Positions 1 through 9,901 of a stretch of 64,000 bases of DNA are shown in pieces. Source of the stretch: Candidatus Bathyarchaeia archaeon (GTDB lineage: Archaea; Thermoproteota; Bathyarchaeia; Bathyarchaeales; Bathycorpusculaceae); the NCBI GenBank assembly GCA_050012255.1, contig JBEKHN010000009.1, positions 1 to 64,000 on the forward strand, given 5' to 3'. The notes under the pieces are model-generated. The model was not told where the DNA came from. It searched no databases and was given only the letters and a program-made list of their open reading frames with translations. A program made the position numbers and the translations under genes. Numbering within the stretch: position 1 is the first letter of the stretch; each line of letters starts with the position of its first letter.

Positions 1-662
1 CCTTCTGAACGATGCCCATCGTATCCCGACGTCCATCACTATCCATAGACGGAGTACAGCCGGAAGCACAAAATACTCTGCAAACGAATTTAGGAACAGG
101 CATGCGCGCTAGAAGATGGTGTTGTAGCGCCTCAGAATCAATTTAATGTCAAATCATCTTGGGAAAAAAGAACCGAACTTAAATCCCTTCATACTGACGT
201 GATATCATCATAGGCGCCATGATTCTTTCGAATCGAGTATACGCCCGCACTAATTCCTTCTCAGAAACTTGTCGGAGAATGGCTGTATTTTTTTTGAGAC
301 GTCTTTATTTTTTCTTATTTGCTTTTCCAGCGCAACGAGGACTGCAATATTTATTTTTGTTGTCTAATGTCGTAAAGACTTTTCCGCAAATTGAGCATTT
401 CTTCTGAATGATTGCCATCCGGCAGACCTCATAACCTCATCACTATAATGACGATTCAACAAATATAAGGTTGGACTGTGTGCTGGGATAGAACTTCCCA
501 AAAAAAGAAGAAAGGAGGATTGTACGGGAGACATCTCCACTTGTCCGGGATTTTTGGCTGTTATTTGCGTTTTCTGGATGCAGGGCAAAGAAGAAAGAAG
601 GGTTATGGGGTTCTGGGTTTCCGTGCGGGCGTGCGAATACACTATAAGCCGCGAAGCATCTA

Positions 663-869
663 TTGTCGGAAATGCAACCTAATCAGCAGAGGAGCCAGAT
701 CAATCCTGGTATCCGCGTAAAAATCGTCTTGAAGCAGGACCAACGGAGCGGCAAATTAACCGAGGGTATCGTCAAGAATATCCTCACCAACAGCTCAACT
801 CACCCCCGCGGAATCAAGGTACGACTGACAGACGGCAAAGTCGGCAGAGTACAATCAATAATAAAATAA
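663..869 (+). CDS. YwbE/DUF2196 family small protein
   Basis: Motifs VKIVLKQDQRSGKLTEG and HPRGIKVRLTDGKVGRV are typical of the family. Confidence 0.85.
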   Translation: MSEMQPNQQRSQINPGIRVKIVLKQDQRSGKLTEGIVKNILTNSSTHPRGIKVRLTDGKVGRVQSIIK

Positions 870-873
870 TAAC

Positions 874-1086
874 GTGCGCTATGGTTGGTCGGTCCACAAC
901 AGAGCGCGCGCGAAGGAAATGGAAAAAGGAGTAAGAGAACGCACTTTGAGTTTTGAAATGTGGTCGAGACACGTTAAGAACATGGCTGGGCAACAAATCT
1001 TCGAAATGAAAAATGAGATCAATCGAGACCATGCTAAAAACCGTGAACTGCAGGAAGAACACGCGCAGTGGAAGGAGAAGAAATAG
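874..1086 (+). CDS. Hypothetical small charged protein or gene fragment
   Basis: 70-aa ORF in a purine-rich, coding-like tract; no recognisable motif; a GC run lies near its start and another just after its stop. Confidence 0.3.
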   Translation: MRYGWSVHNRARAKEMEKGVRERTLSFEMWSRHVKNMAGQQIFEMKNEINRDHAKNRELQEEHAQWKEKK

Positions 1087-1431
1087 TTAGCTAGCGCGCG
1101 CGGGCTAGCGCGATGGGAAGCTGTGGCACAATAGGCATCATTTCTACTTCATTGCTTCTTTCTTCTTCTTTTCTTCTTTCATCCTTTCTTTCTTTCTTTT
1201 AGTTGTTATCGCATCACGTCCTCTTTACCATATGTCTCTAACAATTTCGTAGACTTGTTGTAGAGAATATCTATTTCTATGTTTCCTTGCTAATTTTCTT
1301 ACTTTACGCGCCCTTACGGAACCCTTCAGGTCCTAACCATAGGTTCCTATCCCCCCTCTAATTGAAGAATGTTCATGGGGTTCTTAGCGCGCGCTTTGAA
1401 GAACCCGAAAATGTATCTGGACTCTCAGAAG

Positions 1432-1444
1432 TAAGCTTTATATT
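1432..1444 (+). promoter_or_regulatory. Candidate BRE/TATA promoter of the thermosome gene
   Basis: AAGCTTTATATT about 65 nt upstream of ATG 1509; GGAGG RBS at 1498-1502. Confidence 0.55.
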
Positions 1445-1508
1445 GTTAAGCATTTTTGCTTATTTCGGACTAATATAGTTTTATTTTAGCCTTGAAGGGA
1501 GGATATGT

Positions 1509-3164
1509 ATGGCTTACTTAACTACGACAGCGTCGGGACAACCAGTCCTGGTACTGAAAGAAGGAACATCAAGAAACAGAGGCAAAGATGCTCAGAGAAA
1601 CAACATAATGGCCGCAAAAGTAATCGGTGAAGTCCTCAGGTCAACTTTGGGACCTCGCGGTATGGACAAGATGCTCGTCGACAGTCTCGGAGACATAACA
1701 ATAACAAACGACGGAGCAGCGATCCTGAACGAAATACAAGTTGAGCATCCAGCAGCAAAAATGATGGTGGAAATCGCAAAGACTCAAGACGACATGGTGG
1801 GCGATGGAACGACAACCGCAGTTGTATTGGCGAGCGAACTGCTCAAAAAGGCCGAAGAGCTACTTGACCAGAACATCCACCCAACAATCCTCGTCAGCGG
1901 CTACCGCAAAGCAGCACTGAAGGCAGTCGAAACGATAAACAAAGTGGCAGTACAAGTGGAGATGGAAGACCGCGCCACCCTAAAGAACGTCGCCATAACA
2001 TCGATGGCAAGCAAGGGAGTAGGCGCAGCAAGAGACCACCTAGCCGACATGGCAATCGATGCCGTTAGACAGATAGTTGAACAACGTGGAGACAAGAACA
2101 TCGCCGACATAGACAACATCCAAGTCATAAAGAAAACTGGAAAAAGCCTCATCGAATCACAACTCGTCAAAGGACTCGTAATAGACAAAGAAGCAGTCCA
2201 CCCGGGAATGCCTAAAACGGTTGAAAAAGCAAAGATAGCCCTTCTGGACGCCGCACTCGAGATCAAAAAAACAGAAATCAGCGCCGAAATAAGGATAAAA
2301 GACCCAAGTCAGATGAAAGCCTTCCTTGACCAGGAAAACAAGATGCTGCAAGACATGGTCAGCAAGATAAAGGCTTCGGGCGCAAACGTTGTCTTCTGCC
2401 AAAAAGGCATCGACGACATAGCCCAACACTTCCTCGCCAAAGAAGGAATACTCACAGCAAGACGCGTGAAGCAATCGGACATGGAGAAACTCGCAAAAGC
2501 CACAGGCGGCAGAATAGTCACAGACCTGAGCGACCTGAAAGCCCAAGACCTAGGTATGGCAGGGCACGTGGAAGAGCGCAAGCTGGGCGAAGATAAGATG
2601 ATCTTTGTTGAGAAATGCAAAGACCCCCGCTCAGTTGCTATTATCATTCGCGCTGGGCTCGAAAGGATGGTTGACGAAGCCGAAAGGGCAATGACAGACG
2701 CATTGTCAGTGGTCTCAGACGTCATAGAGAACAATAAGATAGTTGCAGGCGGCGGCGCAGTGGAAATCGAAATGGCAAAGGAACTTCGAAAATACGCCAC
2801 AAGCGTTAGCGGAAGAGAACAGCTCGCGATAGAGAATTTCGCCAGTGCCGTCGAAGTGATCCCCAAGACTCTTGCCGAAAACGCGGGGCTCGAAGCTATC
2901 GACGTGCTCGTGGAATTGAGGTCTGCACACGAAAAGCCAGAAGGAATGTACAAAGGAATAAACGTCTTCAACGGAAAAGTTGAAAACATGCTCGACAAAG
3001 GCGTGATCGAACCCCTGGTAGTCAAGGAACAAGCAGTGAAATCAGCAACAGAATCCGCTGCGATGATACTTCGCATAGACGACGTCATAGCATCCACAAA
3101 ACCCAAAGAAGGGCCAGGAGCAGGAAGACCACCTGGCGACGGAATGCCCGAAAGTGAAGACTAA
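1509..3164 (+). CDS. ths: Thermosome (group II chaperonin) subunit
   Basis: [26 protein letters not shown] and LRIDD motifs; 551 aa. Confidence 0.97.
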   Translation: MAYLTTTASGQPVLVLKEGTSRNRGKDAQRNNIMAAKVIGEVLRSTLGPRGMDKMLVDSLGDITITNDGAAILNEIQVEHPAAKMMVEIAKTQDDMVGDGTTTAVVLASELLKKAEELLDQNIHPTILVSGYRKAALKAVETINKVAVQVEMEDRATLKNVAITSMASKGVGAARDHLADMAIDAVRQIVEQRGDKNIADIDNIQVIKKTGKSLIESQLVKGLVIDKEAVHPGMPKTVEKAKIALLDAALEIKKTEISAEIRIKDPSQMKAFLDQENKMLQDMVSKIKASGANVVFCQKGIDDIAQHFLAKEGILTARRVKQSDMEKLAKATGGRIVTDLSDLKAQDLGMAGHVEERKLGEDKMIFVEKCKDPRSVAIIIRAGLERMVDEAERAMTDALSVVSDVIENNKIVAGGGAVEIEMAKELRKYATSVSGREQLAIENFASAVEVIPKTLAENAGLEAIDVLVELRSAHEKPEGMYKGINVFNGKVENMLDKGVIEPLVVKEQAVKSATESAAMILRIDDVIASTKPKEGPGAGRPPGDGMPESED

Positions 3165-3176
3165 AAAATCTCCGTG

Positions 3177-3186
3177 ACTTTTTTTG
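3177..3186 (+). terminator. Oligo-T terminator candidate
   Basis: T-run just after the thermosome stop codon. Confidence 0.45.
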
Positions 3187-3436
3187 ATATTTCCAAGCGC
3201 GCGCGACGTAGCATTTACAGGTCCGTGGGTTATGTAGGCCGAGGTACTAATGCGTCATTCGTCATTTTGCCCGAGTTCGTTTTGACCAATGTTTTGTCAA
3301 GCCAATCTGTAGCGTGCGCGCACACCGACGCGCAAGCTACACCGATCATTTGAAAGTAAAATATCTGCTTAAGTGATTTGAAAAAGATATGGAGACTGGG
3401 AGAAAGCCAATCTCAGATTTGAGCTGCTGGCTTGAT

Positions 3437-3586
3437 CTAAAATCGATTTCTTCTTGGTGGTGCTCTCTTCGCGTAACACTCTCGGCAGTATACAGGTCTG
3501 CTGCCATCGGGCTTGAATGGTACTTCACATTCCTTTCCGCATTCAGCGCAGACTGCCTTGTGCATCTCTTTTTTTTCATACGTCAA
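3437..3586 (-). CDS. CxxC-x17-CxxC zinc-finger small protein (absent from the ORF track)
   Basis: Manual translation MTYEKKEMHKAVCAECGKECEVPFKPDGSRPVYCRECYAKRAPPRRNRF*; TTG start with AGGAG RBS. Confidence 0.9.
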   Translation of the reverse strand: MTYEKKEMHKAVCAECGKECEVPFKPDGSRPVYCRECYAKRAPPRRNRF

Positions 3587-3827
3587 ATCTCTCAACTCCT
3601 TTTATGGTCGCTGTGCAAAAACTCGCTTCTTACACGCTTCGTCCACCGTTCACATCGCTGCTAATAAACAACACGTCTAGAATCATAAAGTCGAGACCTA
3701 TAGAAATCAAATTCGCACGCATTCCACTTTGCCACAATGTGCCCTTCATGTGCGCACGCAAGAGCCAATTTCTTTCTAACTTCTTCTCTCTTTGTCCAAA
3801 GACTTAACTCACTATAGCGCGCGCGCT

Positions 3828-3917
3828 AATACAGACGCGGACATCAATGATGACGGCAAAATAGACATGCGAGACATCGGCTTCACAGCTCGACACTTCT
3901 TGGAATCATATTCATAG
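3828..3917 (+). pseudogene. Orphan C-terminal dockerin-like/EF-hand fragment of a secreted protein
   Basis: NTDADINDDGKIDMRDIGFTARHFLESYS* resembles the dockerin tail of the S8 protein at 56129; no upstream gene body. Confidence 0.75.
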
Positions 3918-4141
3918 ATTGATTTTCTGTAATATAGTATGAGGAAGGGCGAAGCAGAGCCTCTCTTTTTCTGAATAACTTAAGATTGTCCATTTCTGTC
4001 ACGTATTAAGAACCACTTTCTGTACTGATTTCTTCTCTGGCTAGCGTGCGCCGACGGAGACTTGACAGAACCAAAAATGCATTATCTAATTAAGCAAGGA
4101 AGTGAACAACATCATAGAAAGAAAACAGAGGGGTAGAAGGC

Positions 4142-4429
4142 GTGTCTGAAAGTGGTGAACAAATAAAATACAAGCTACTGAGTGCGAAGCTGGTCGGTAG
4201 CGATGTTGTCTGTTTCAGACTTGAGGATGAGACTCTGATAAAGGTTCACGTGGACCTGACTCGGGTTGGAGTGGCTGCCGATACCAAAACTCCTGATGGA
4301 CAGCCACTTTACAATATCACCGTACAACCCAGGTTCGAGATTATACCGAAAGACAAAATCTTCTATGCCCCCAAACCACCGAACATCGCACCACCTTCTC
4401 TCGGGAAAGACAAGCGATCAGTGGTCTGA
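4142..4429 (+). CDS. Hypothetical protein
   Basis: 95-aa ORF with purine-rich RBS-like leader and coding-like composition. Confidence 0.7.
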   Translation: MSESGEQIKYKLLSAKLVGSDVVCFRLEDETLIKVHVDLTRVGVAADTKTPDGQPLYNITVQPRFEIIPKDKIFYAPKPPNIAPPSLGKDKRSVV

Positions 4430-4700
4430 GCCAGATTTTTTCAAAATCAGTCACTCATTTTGCGCGTGCGCTGCAGTAGGCAAGGCCCTTAACTGCCTTT
4501 CCCACTGAGTAACACAGTCTCCACGAAGCTGAGTTAATTAGCACAATCTACCATTCTTCTTCTTCGAAGTCTTCTTCTTCATCTTCAGTATCTTCATCTT
4601 AGCGCGCGCGGGTAAAGTTTTATCCAACCAACCACAAATCATAAGAAAAAAGTGTTCCCACTCTCTAGCAAGCCAAATACTCCAGTTTGGAGGGGCAGAG

Positions 4701-5252
4701 ATGGGTGTCAAGATTCTGGTTTTCACCGAGGGAACTATTCTAACAAACAAGAAATGGATTGGTCTTCCAAGAGAAGAGGCTGTCAAGCAGGTCAAGAAAT
4801 GGTCAAACCTGTCGAAAGAAGAGCTTGAAAAACTGCAGAAGGCTGGTGATGCACCTTCTCCTGAATATTTTGCAGCTTCAGTTCCTATAGGAAAAAGTGC
4901 AAAGAAAATTGGAGCCTGGAAAAAACAAGGCGCAACCATTGTATATCTAACATCCAGAAGGAAATCAACTGAAGTCAATATCATCCGACACGTTCTCAAG
5001 AAATACGAATTCCCTGAAGGGAAACTGCTATTCAGAAAGGAAGGCGAAGACTACAGAGATGTGGCCGAGAAAGTCATGCCAGATGTGATAGTCGAGGACG
5101 ACTGTGAAAGCATTGGTGGAGAAACAGAAATGACTTATCCTGGAATTAGACCAGAACTGAAGTCCAAGGTAAAGTCGGTCGTTGTCAAAGAGTTTGGTGG
5201 AATAGACCATTTGCCTGACGACCCTGAGGAATTAATGAGGCATCATAACTAG
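4701..5252 (+). CDS. HAD-fold-like hypothetical protein
   Basis: ILVFTEGT, YLTSRR and VIVEDD occupy the positions of HAD motifs I, II and IV; GGAGG RBS. Confidence 0.7.
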   Translation: MGVKILVFTEGTILTNKKWIGLPREEAVKQVKKWSNLSKEELEKLQKAGDAPSPEYFAASVPIGKSAKKIGAWKKQGATIVYLTSRRKSTEVNIIRHVLKKYEFPEGKLLFRKEGEDYRDVAEKVMPDVIVEDDCESIGGETEMTYPGIRPELKSKVKSVVVKEFGGIDHLPDDPEELMRHHN

Positions 5253-5276
5253 TTCTTATGTTTGGGGTAAAGTTTT

Positions 5277-5424
5277 ATCTTTCTCTCTCTCTCCTTCCTT
5301 TACGCAAGCGCTTACTTCCTCACTTCCCCTTCCTTCCTTCTCCCTCTCTCCCCCTCTAGGAAAGCTTACAGTCAGACAGACACACAGACACGCAGACACA
5401 CAGACAGACGCACAGACAAACAGA
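5277..5424. repeat. Low-complexity CT tract followed by a CAGA/CACA microsatellite
   Basis: Pyrimidine tract 5277-5357; cagacagacacacagacacgcagacacacagacagacgcacagacaaacaga at 5373-5424. Confidence 0.85.
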
Positions 5425-5538
5425 AAAACCGCGCGCGCTACAGTAAAAATGAACAATGAATCTAGGCTTTCTCGACTAACAGAATCCAATAAAAAGAGGG
5501 GACTGCGCGGAAGAAACGAGTATTCTTCTTGTCATGTG

Positions 5539-5874
5539 TTAATGTAGTTTGGAGATTATGTAGTCGTTCACAGTCTGCAGAAAAGATTCTTCCAGCTCTA
5601 TGCCATAATGCTCCGCCAACACGAAGATTATGTAAAGAAGGTCCGAAAGCTCAGTGGCCAGCATATCCTTTGTCTTGGGTTTTTCTGGCGGCTTGAACCC
5701 CTCCAAACCCTTGACCACTGCTGCGACTTCGCCTGCTTCCTCGAGAAGGTCGGTGACCATCACAAACGGGGTCCAACTTCTGCCCCTTTCGGGGTCGAGC
5801 TTCTCATTGATTTTTCTGAAGTTTTTCCAGCAGAGATGCTGAGCATCACGAAGAGTCACGGACAAACAGTTCAC
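5539..5874 (-). CDS. MazG-like nucleotide pyrophosphohydrolase
   Basis: LLEEAGEV and ELSDLL motifs. Confidence 0.88.
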   Translation of the reverse strand: MNCLSVTLRDAQHLCWKNFRKINEKLDPERGRSWTPFVMVTDLLEEAGEVAAVVKGLEGFKPPEKPKTKDMLATELSDLLYIIFVLAEHYGIELEESFLQTVNDYIISKLH

Positions 5875-5928
5875 CTTGTACCGATTTACTAGGCTAGCCT
5901 AATAACGATTCTCAGCCCTCAGGAAGCG

Positions 5929-7053
5929 TTACGGAATTATTTCGCAACCATTGTACTTCACATATTCAAAGTCTCTCAACTTGACCCTTCCATGATGAAT
6001 AAGCTCCTGTATCCTCGGCAGCTGGTCCAAAACGGCTTCAATCAGGTTCTTCACAGTTTTGCACACTTGACCATACGCTTCGGAACCCCAACGTTTCATC
6101 ACGTTTGCATACAAGCATCGGCCGCCACACAACCAGAAAGTGCTGCATCTCGTGCACGGCTCGCCCACAAACACTCTGTTCAGTCTTAAGGGGTCAGCAG
6201 TGCTGATGTGTCCCAGGTAGTAATCCTTCATTCCCCACATCGTTGGGCATGGAATGATATGGCCATCAGTCTGAATCGCATAGTTTGTCCATCCTCCCCC
6301 GCAGCGCAGGAGGCTTTCTTTTTCTCCCGAAAGAATGGACTGCGCAATACCCAGCAACGGATAGAGCCGCAGAACAACACCTTTCTCCTCCATATGATTA
6401 ACCCAGAACTCAGCGAGTTTTCGTATGCCCGGGTTGTAGCTTTCCTGGCTCCAAGTCTCGAAATGCCTCCGTGCATAATCGTTCTTCCAGAATCCAGCGT
6501 TCAGCTGCCAGTGAACGGAAGAAAAAGGAAACACATCGTTCTCCAGAAGCCATCTGACCTGTTTGTAAATATCAGTGTTTTCCATGGCTGTCATTCTGGC
6601 GATGAGTTCGCCTTCGAAACCATTGTGCTTTATCAGTCTTAGGTTGTCAACAACTTTCCCGAAGGTGCCCTCTCCTCTATAGAAATCAGTTAGGCTTTCA
6701 TCACCGTCGACCGAAACAAGAATCGTGTGGAAACGGTTAACATAACCTGGTTGAAGACGGTCTAGGAGCAAACCATTCGTTTGGACCATGAAAAGCTTGG
6801 CCGTCACCTCATCCATGACTCGCCTGATCAGGTCCACGCAAAGCAGCGGTTCTCCACCGTAGAAAGTCAGCACACAATCAGGATCCTTCCTGCAAAACCC
6901 CTCTAAGAGACCCACATCGTAGCCTATTTCTCTTGGTAGTGAATAATCAACTTCAACATCCCAGGAATCATCATCCGTGTCTTCAACCGCTTCACCATAA
7001 CAGTACCTGCACTTCGAATTGCATTGACCCGTTAGGATTACGTGGAAGAACAT
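5929..7053 (-). CDS. Radical SAM/SPASM protein (AF0577/TIGR04084-like)
   Basis: CNSKCRYC, FYGGEPLL, and C-terminal SPASM cysteines (C..G..PC, CTRC..CGGRC). Confidence 0.9.
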   Translation of the reverse strand: MFFHVILTGQCNSKCRYCYGEAVEDTDDDSWDVEVDYSLPREIGYDVGLLEGFCRKDPDCVLTFYGGEPLLCVDLIRRVMDEVTAKLFMVQTNGLLLDRLQPGYVNRFHTILVSVDGDESLTDFYRGEGTFGKVVDNLRLIKHNGFEGELIARMTAMENTDIYKQVRWLLENDVFPFSSVHWQLNAGFWKNDYARRHFETWSQESYNPGIRKLAEFWVNHMEEKGVVLRLYPLLGIAQSILSGEKESLLRCGGGWTNYAIQTDGHIIPCPTMWGMKDYYLGHISTADPLRLNRVFVGEPCTRCSTFWLCGGRCLYANVMKRWGSEAYGQVCKTVKNLIEAVLDQLPRIQELIHHGRVKLRDFEYVKYNGCEIIP

Positions 7054-7173
7054 ACTTTTCTCAACTCAAATCAACGAATTTAAGCGTAGCACGCTATTGA
7101 TTAATCTTGTTGGTTTCTTCCCAAACAGTTGACCACAAACCTATGTTGCTGTATCAGAAGTGTAGTGTGCCGA

Positions 7174-8199
7174 TTACATCGCTAACTGTTCTGATATCAG
7201 TGAAGCAAGAATGAAATAGGGTGTACAAAGATATTGGTTGAATACTAGATCTCTCATTCTGGCGGAACGGGACAGAAACCTGCCATAGTCTTCTCTCCAC
7301 AGACGGTCGTAGAGTTTGGGCCTGCTTTGGAAGATTGCTTCAGCCGCCAATTCACCAGACCGGAGAGCGTAGGGAATACCCTCTCCAGAGACCGGGTCAA
7401 CATGCCCGGCAGCATCTCCGATCAGCATCCAGTTAGATCCAGCAATTGGTTTTCGAAGAGTCTGCCAACGCAAGGTTGGAATCAAGGCCGCCCATTCCTT
7501 GATCACCTTGAGATTTGGGTGATACGCTCTAAGAAATCTGTCCAGCTCTGTTTTTGAGCCAGAACTTTTGCTCAGATCAGCCGAGATCCCTACACAGGCA
7601 TGATCGCCTCGCGGAAACAACCAGATGTACCCTTTTCTCCGGGGGAGAGGTCTTAGCAAAATGCGTTGCTCTTCTAATGGTTTTGTCAGATAACCATAGC
7701 ACATTCCTAAATCAAACGGCTGAAAAGAGCCAACTGTCGCCTTCCTCACTATACTTTGAACTCCATCTGCCCCGATCAAAATTTTGACTTTGTAGAGTCT
7801 CTTGTTGGTGCTGATGTTCCAGTTTCCACCGTCTCTTCTTACCCCGATTACTTTTTCTGTTTCCAGTTGCGCGCCGTTAGCAATGGCCAAGCTCAGAATG
7901 TGTTGATCAAGCTTGAGTCTGGAAGTGATTATGAATTTTCGTCTGAGAGGAAGGGTGATACTTTTGCCATACATGTACACTATTTGAATTTGGTTTGCTT
8001 CTCCATGAGTGAACGGCAATTCTTTCAGCAAGGGAAACGCTTCTTGCGCATATGGCGACAAGCCTCCGCCACAGGGTTTTTCTCTCGGATGGGAGTGGTC
8101 CAACACAACTGGTTTGAAGCCTTCCTTTGCTAAAGATAAGGCACAGTAGGCGCCAGCAGGGCCAGCTCCTACGATTGCTACATCCATCACAGTGTTCAT
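7174..8199 (-). CDS. Geranylgeranyl reductase family FAD oxidoreductase
   Basis: GAGPAG, KPCGGG, GADG, YIWLFP and GDAAG..DP..GEGI motifs. Confidence 0.92.
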   Translation of the reverse strand: MNTVMDVAIVGAGPAGAYCALSLAKEGFKPVVLDHSHPREKPCGGGLSPYAQEAFPLLKELPFTHGEANQIQIVYMYGKSITLPLRRKFIITSRLKLDQHILSLAIANGAQLETEKVIGVRRDGGNWNISTNKRLYKVKILIGADGVQSIVRKATVGSFQPFDLGMCYGYLTKPLEEQRILLRPLPRRKGYIWLFPRGDHACVGISADLSKSSGSKTELDRFLRAYHPNLKVIKEWAALIPTLRWQTLRKPIAGSNWMLIGDAAGHVDPVSGEGIPYALRSGELAAEAIFQSRPKLYDRLWREDYGRFLSRSARMRDLVFNQYLCTPYFILASLISEQLAM

Positions 8200-8235
8200 T
8201 CACACCTTATCATAGTGACCTGATTCAACTTGAAA

Positions 8236-9465
8236 TCACTTCTTTCGATCTGATTTCTCTTTGAACTTTTTCGCATCGTCAACGTATTTCCCCAACTCCC
8301 GTTGCTGAATAGTCTTTTCAGGCAATGTTTCAGGAGCGTACATCAAGGGTAAGACAGCCAAAAACAAGAAGAAACTTGCCAAAGAAAACGCTGTTGCCGT
8401 TTGTATCATTCCTGCGTAAGGTTTAACTATTATGGGCAGGAATCCAGCAAGGAAATAGGGGATTCCCCCTAGGGCATAATATTTCTCCCTTCGATAGTCT
8501 CCCGCAAGGTCTCCCCACAAAGTCATGAAGAAAACTGAAGCGAACATTCCCCACGCGAAGCCGTCAAGAACCGTATATAGATACCCCGAAAACTGCATTT
8601 CAGAAAAAAGACTAAGCACAGCATATCCAATGCCAAGTATGATAAAACCGGTTATTACCACTCTTTTTCTGCCTACAAGATCTGACAGCAGACCGCCTAC
8701 CACCGCGGAGAACCCTGTTATTGCAAATTCAACAAACTCGACAAACACGTAGGAATCCCCAAACAACCTTTCCAATACTGGCGCCTCACTGAAGTTCACA
8801 AGGGAAAACATTACCCAAGGAACCAGATATAGCACCATTTCTCTTCTTTGCAAAATCGACCTGTAAGAGGAAGAGCTGTGTCTTTGTTGGGTTCTTCCCC
8901 AACTCCTTGAGAGAAAGAAGAAAACAACTAGTCCAAATATTCGCCAGGCTGCAAGCGTTGCAAACGCAGAAGCAAGGTCTAGGGGACTTACCAAGACGAG
9001 AAAAATCAGAGTACCGAAGCCAATAGTACCCCACGTTATTCCTCCATACAGTCCACGGTTCTCGACAACCGTTGTGTCAGCAAAATAAGCCAGACAGGAT
9101 GGCAGACCCATTCCAGCTACAATCCCTAGAAAAAGAGAAATCAATATGTTAACTGATGTACTGTTGTTTGCAATGGTGGGTAGAAATGCTGTCATAATTG
9201 CTCCAGCAAACATCCACAGCAAAAGATAGGTCTCGCGTGCGCTTGGAGAGAACATCGCTCCCAAGATACCTGAGCAAGCGATTCCTGCGTAGTAGACCGT
9301 GAAGAATATCAACGTTTCGGAAAAAGGTGCCCGTAGCCCATTGATGGCATCGTTATACAAAGCATACGTTAGTGTGTACCATACAAGACTGTTGAATACT
9401 AAGAAAAGTGCTGGCGATAATTCCTTCCAAGTTATTTTTGGTCTAGAGCCCTTCTGTGACGGCAA
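8236..9465 (-). CDS. MFS-like membrane transporter
   Basis: About 12 hydrophobic segments; SDLVGRKR motif A; PET motif. Confidence 0.85.
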   Translation of the reverse strand: MPSQKGSRPKITWKELSPALFLVFNSLVWYTLTYALYNDAINGLRAPFSETLIFFTVYYAGIACSGILGAMFSPSARETYLLLWMFAGAIMTAFLPTIANNSTSVNILISLFLGIVAGMGLPSCLAYFADTTVVENRGLYGGITWGTIGFGTLIFLVLVSPLDLASAFATLAAWRIFGLVVFFFLSRSWGRTQQRHSSSSYRSILQRREMVLYLVPWVMFSLVNFSEAPVLERLFGDSYVFVEFVEFAITGFSAVVGGLLSDLVGRKRVVITGFIILGIGYAVLSLFSEMQFSGYLYTVLDGFAWGMFASVFFMTLWGDLAGDYRREKYYALGGIPYFLAGFLPIIVKPYAGMIQTATAFSLASFFLFLAVLPLMYAPETLPEKTIQQRELGKYVDDAKKFKEKSDRKK

Positions 9466-9847
9466 TCCTTGAGCGACCTATCACTGAAAGAACAGCGTCT
9501 GCAAATAAAACACTTTTCAAATGATGCCTTTGCGTTCATGCTCAAGAAGGCTCTGTTGACTTCTCATGGGATTTGTTTCCTTGTCAACTGGCGTGGGATG
9601 GCTAATTCTGAGCTTCGAAGGTTGATAGGTTGGCTGTAAGAAATCGTTTGAGTGACAGTGTGTTATTGTATGCGTGAATAGATTCCCACTACTGCTATGC
9701 CGATACCTGTGCACATCATCAATGCTGACGGAGCAATAGCTTCTTGGGGATTGTTCCTAACCCATCTTATGAAATCACACGCAGAACCCTCAAGAAGAAC
9801 CCTTAAGTAGCAGACGTGTTGTACACATATACATGTGAGGGATAGAG

Positions 9848-9898
9848 ATGAAGAAGGTTAAGAAACGGGAAGCTCCGGTTCGAGTCATTCCTCCGTAA
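9848..9898 (+). CDS. Putative 16-aa mini-ORF MKKVKKREAPVRVIPP
   Basis: GAGG RBS, TTAAGTA TATA-like box about 45 nt upstream, stop 3 nt from the convergent prenyltransferase stop. Confidence 0.35.
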   Translation: MKKVKKREAPVRVIPP

Positions 9899-9901
9899 CC
9901 A

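Noticed and set aside
1901-3106. Long antisense ORFs within the thermosome gene (and similar ones in pncB, lonB, dapA-fae, gcvP)
   Set aside because: Shadow frames of well-supported genes, with no motifs
3346-3579. 77-aa ORF-track call
   Set aside because: Wrong frame; the real gene is the CxxC-x17-CxxC ORF at 3437-3586
5256-5489. Cys/Val-rich ORF
   Set aside because: Translation of the microsatellite and CT tract
9663-9790. Minus-strand frame DFIRWVRNNPQEAI..GIGIAVVGIYSRIQ* as a ComX-like precursor
   Set aside because: No convincing start codon for the N-terminal part and no C-terminal Trp; resemblance is probably chance
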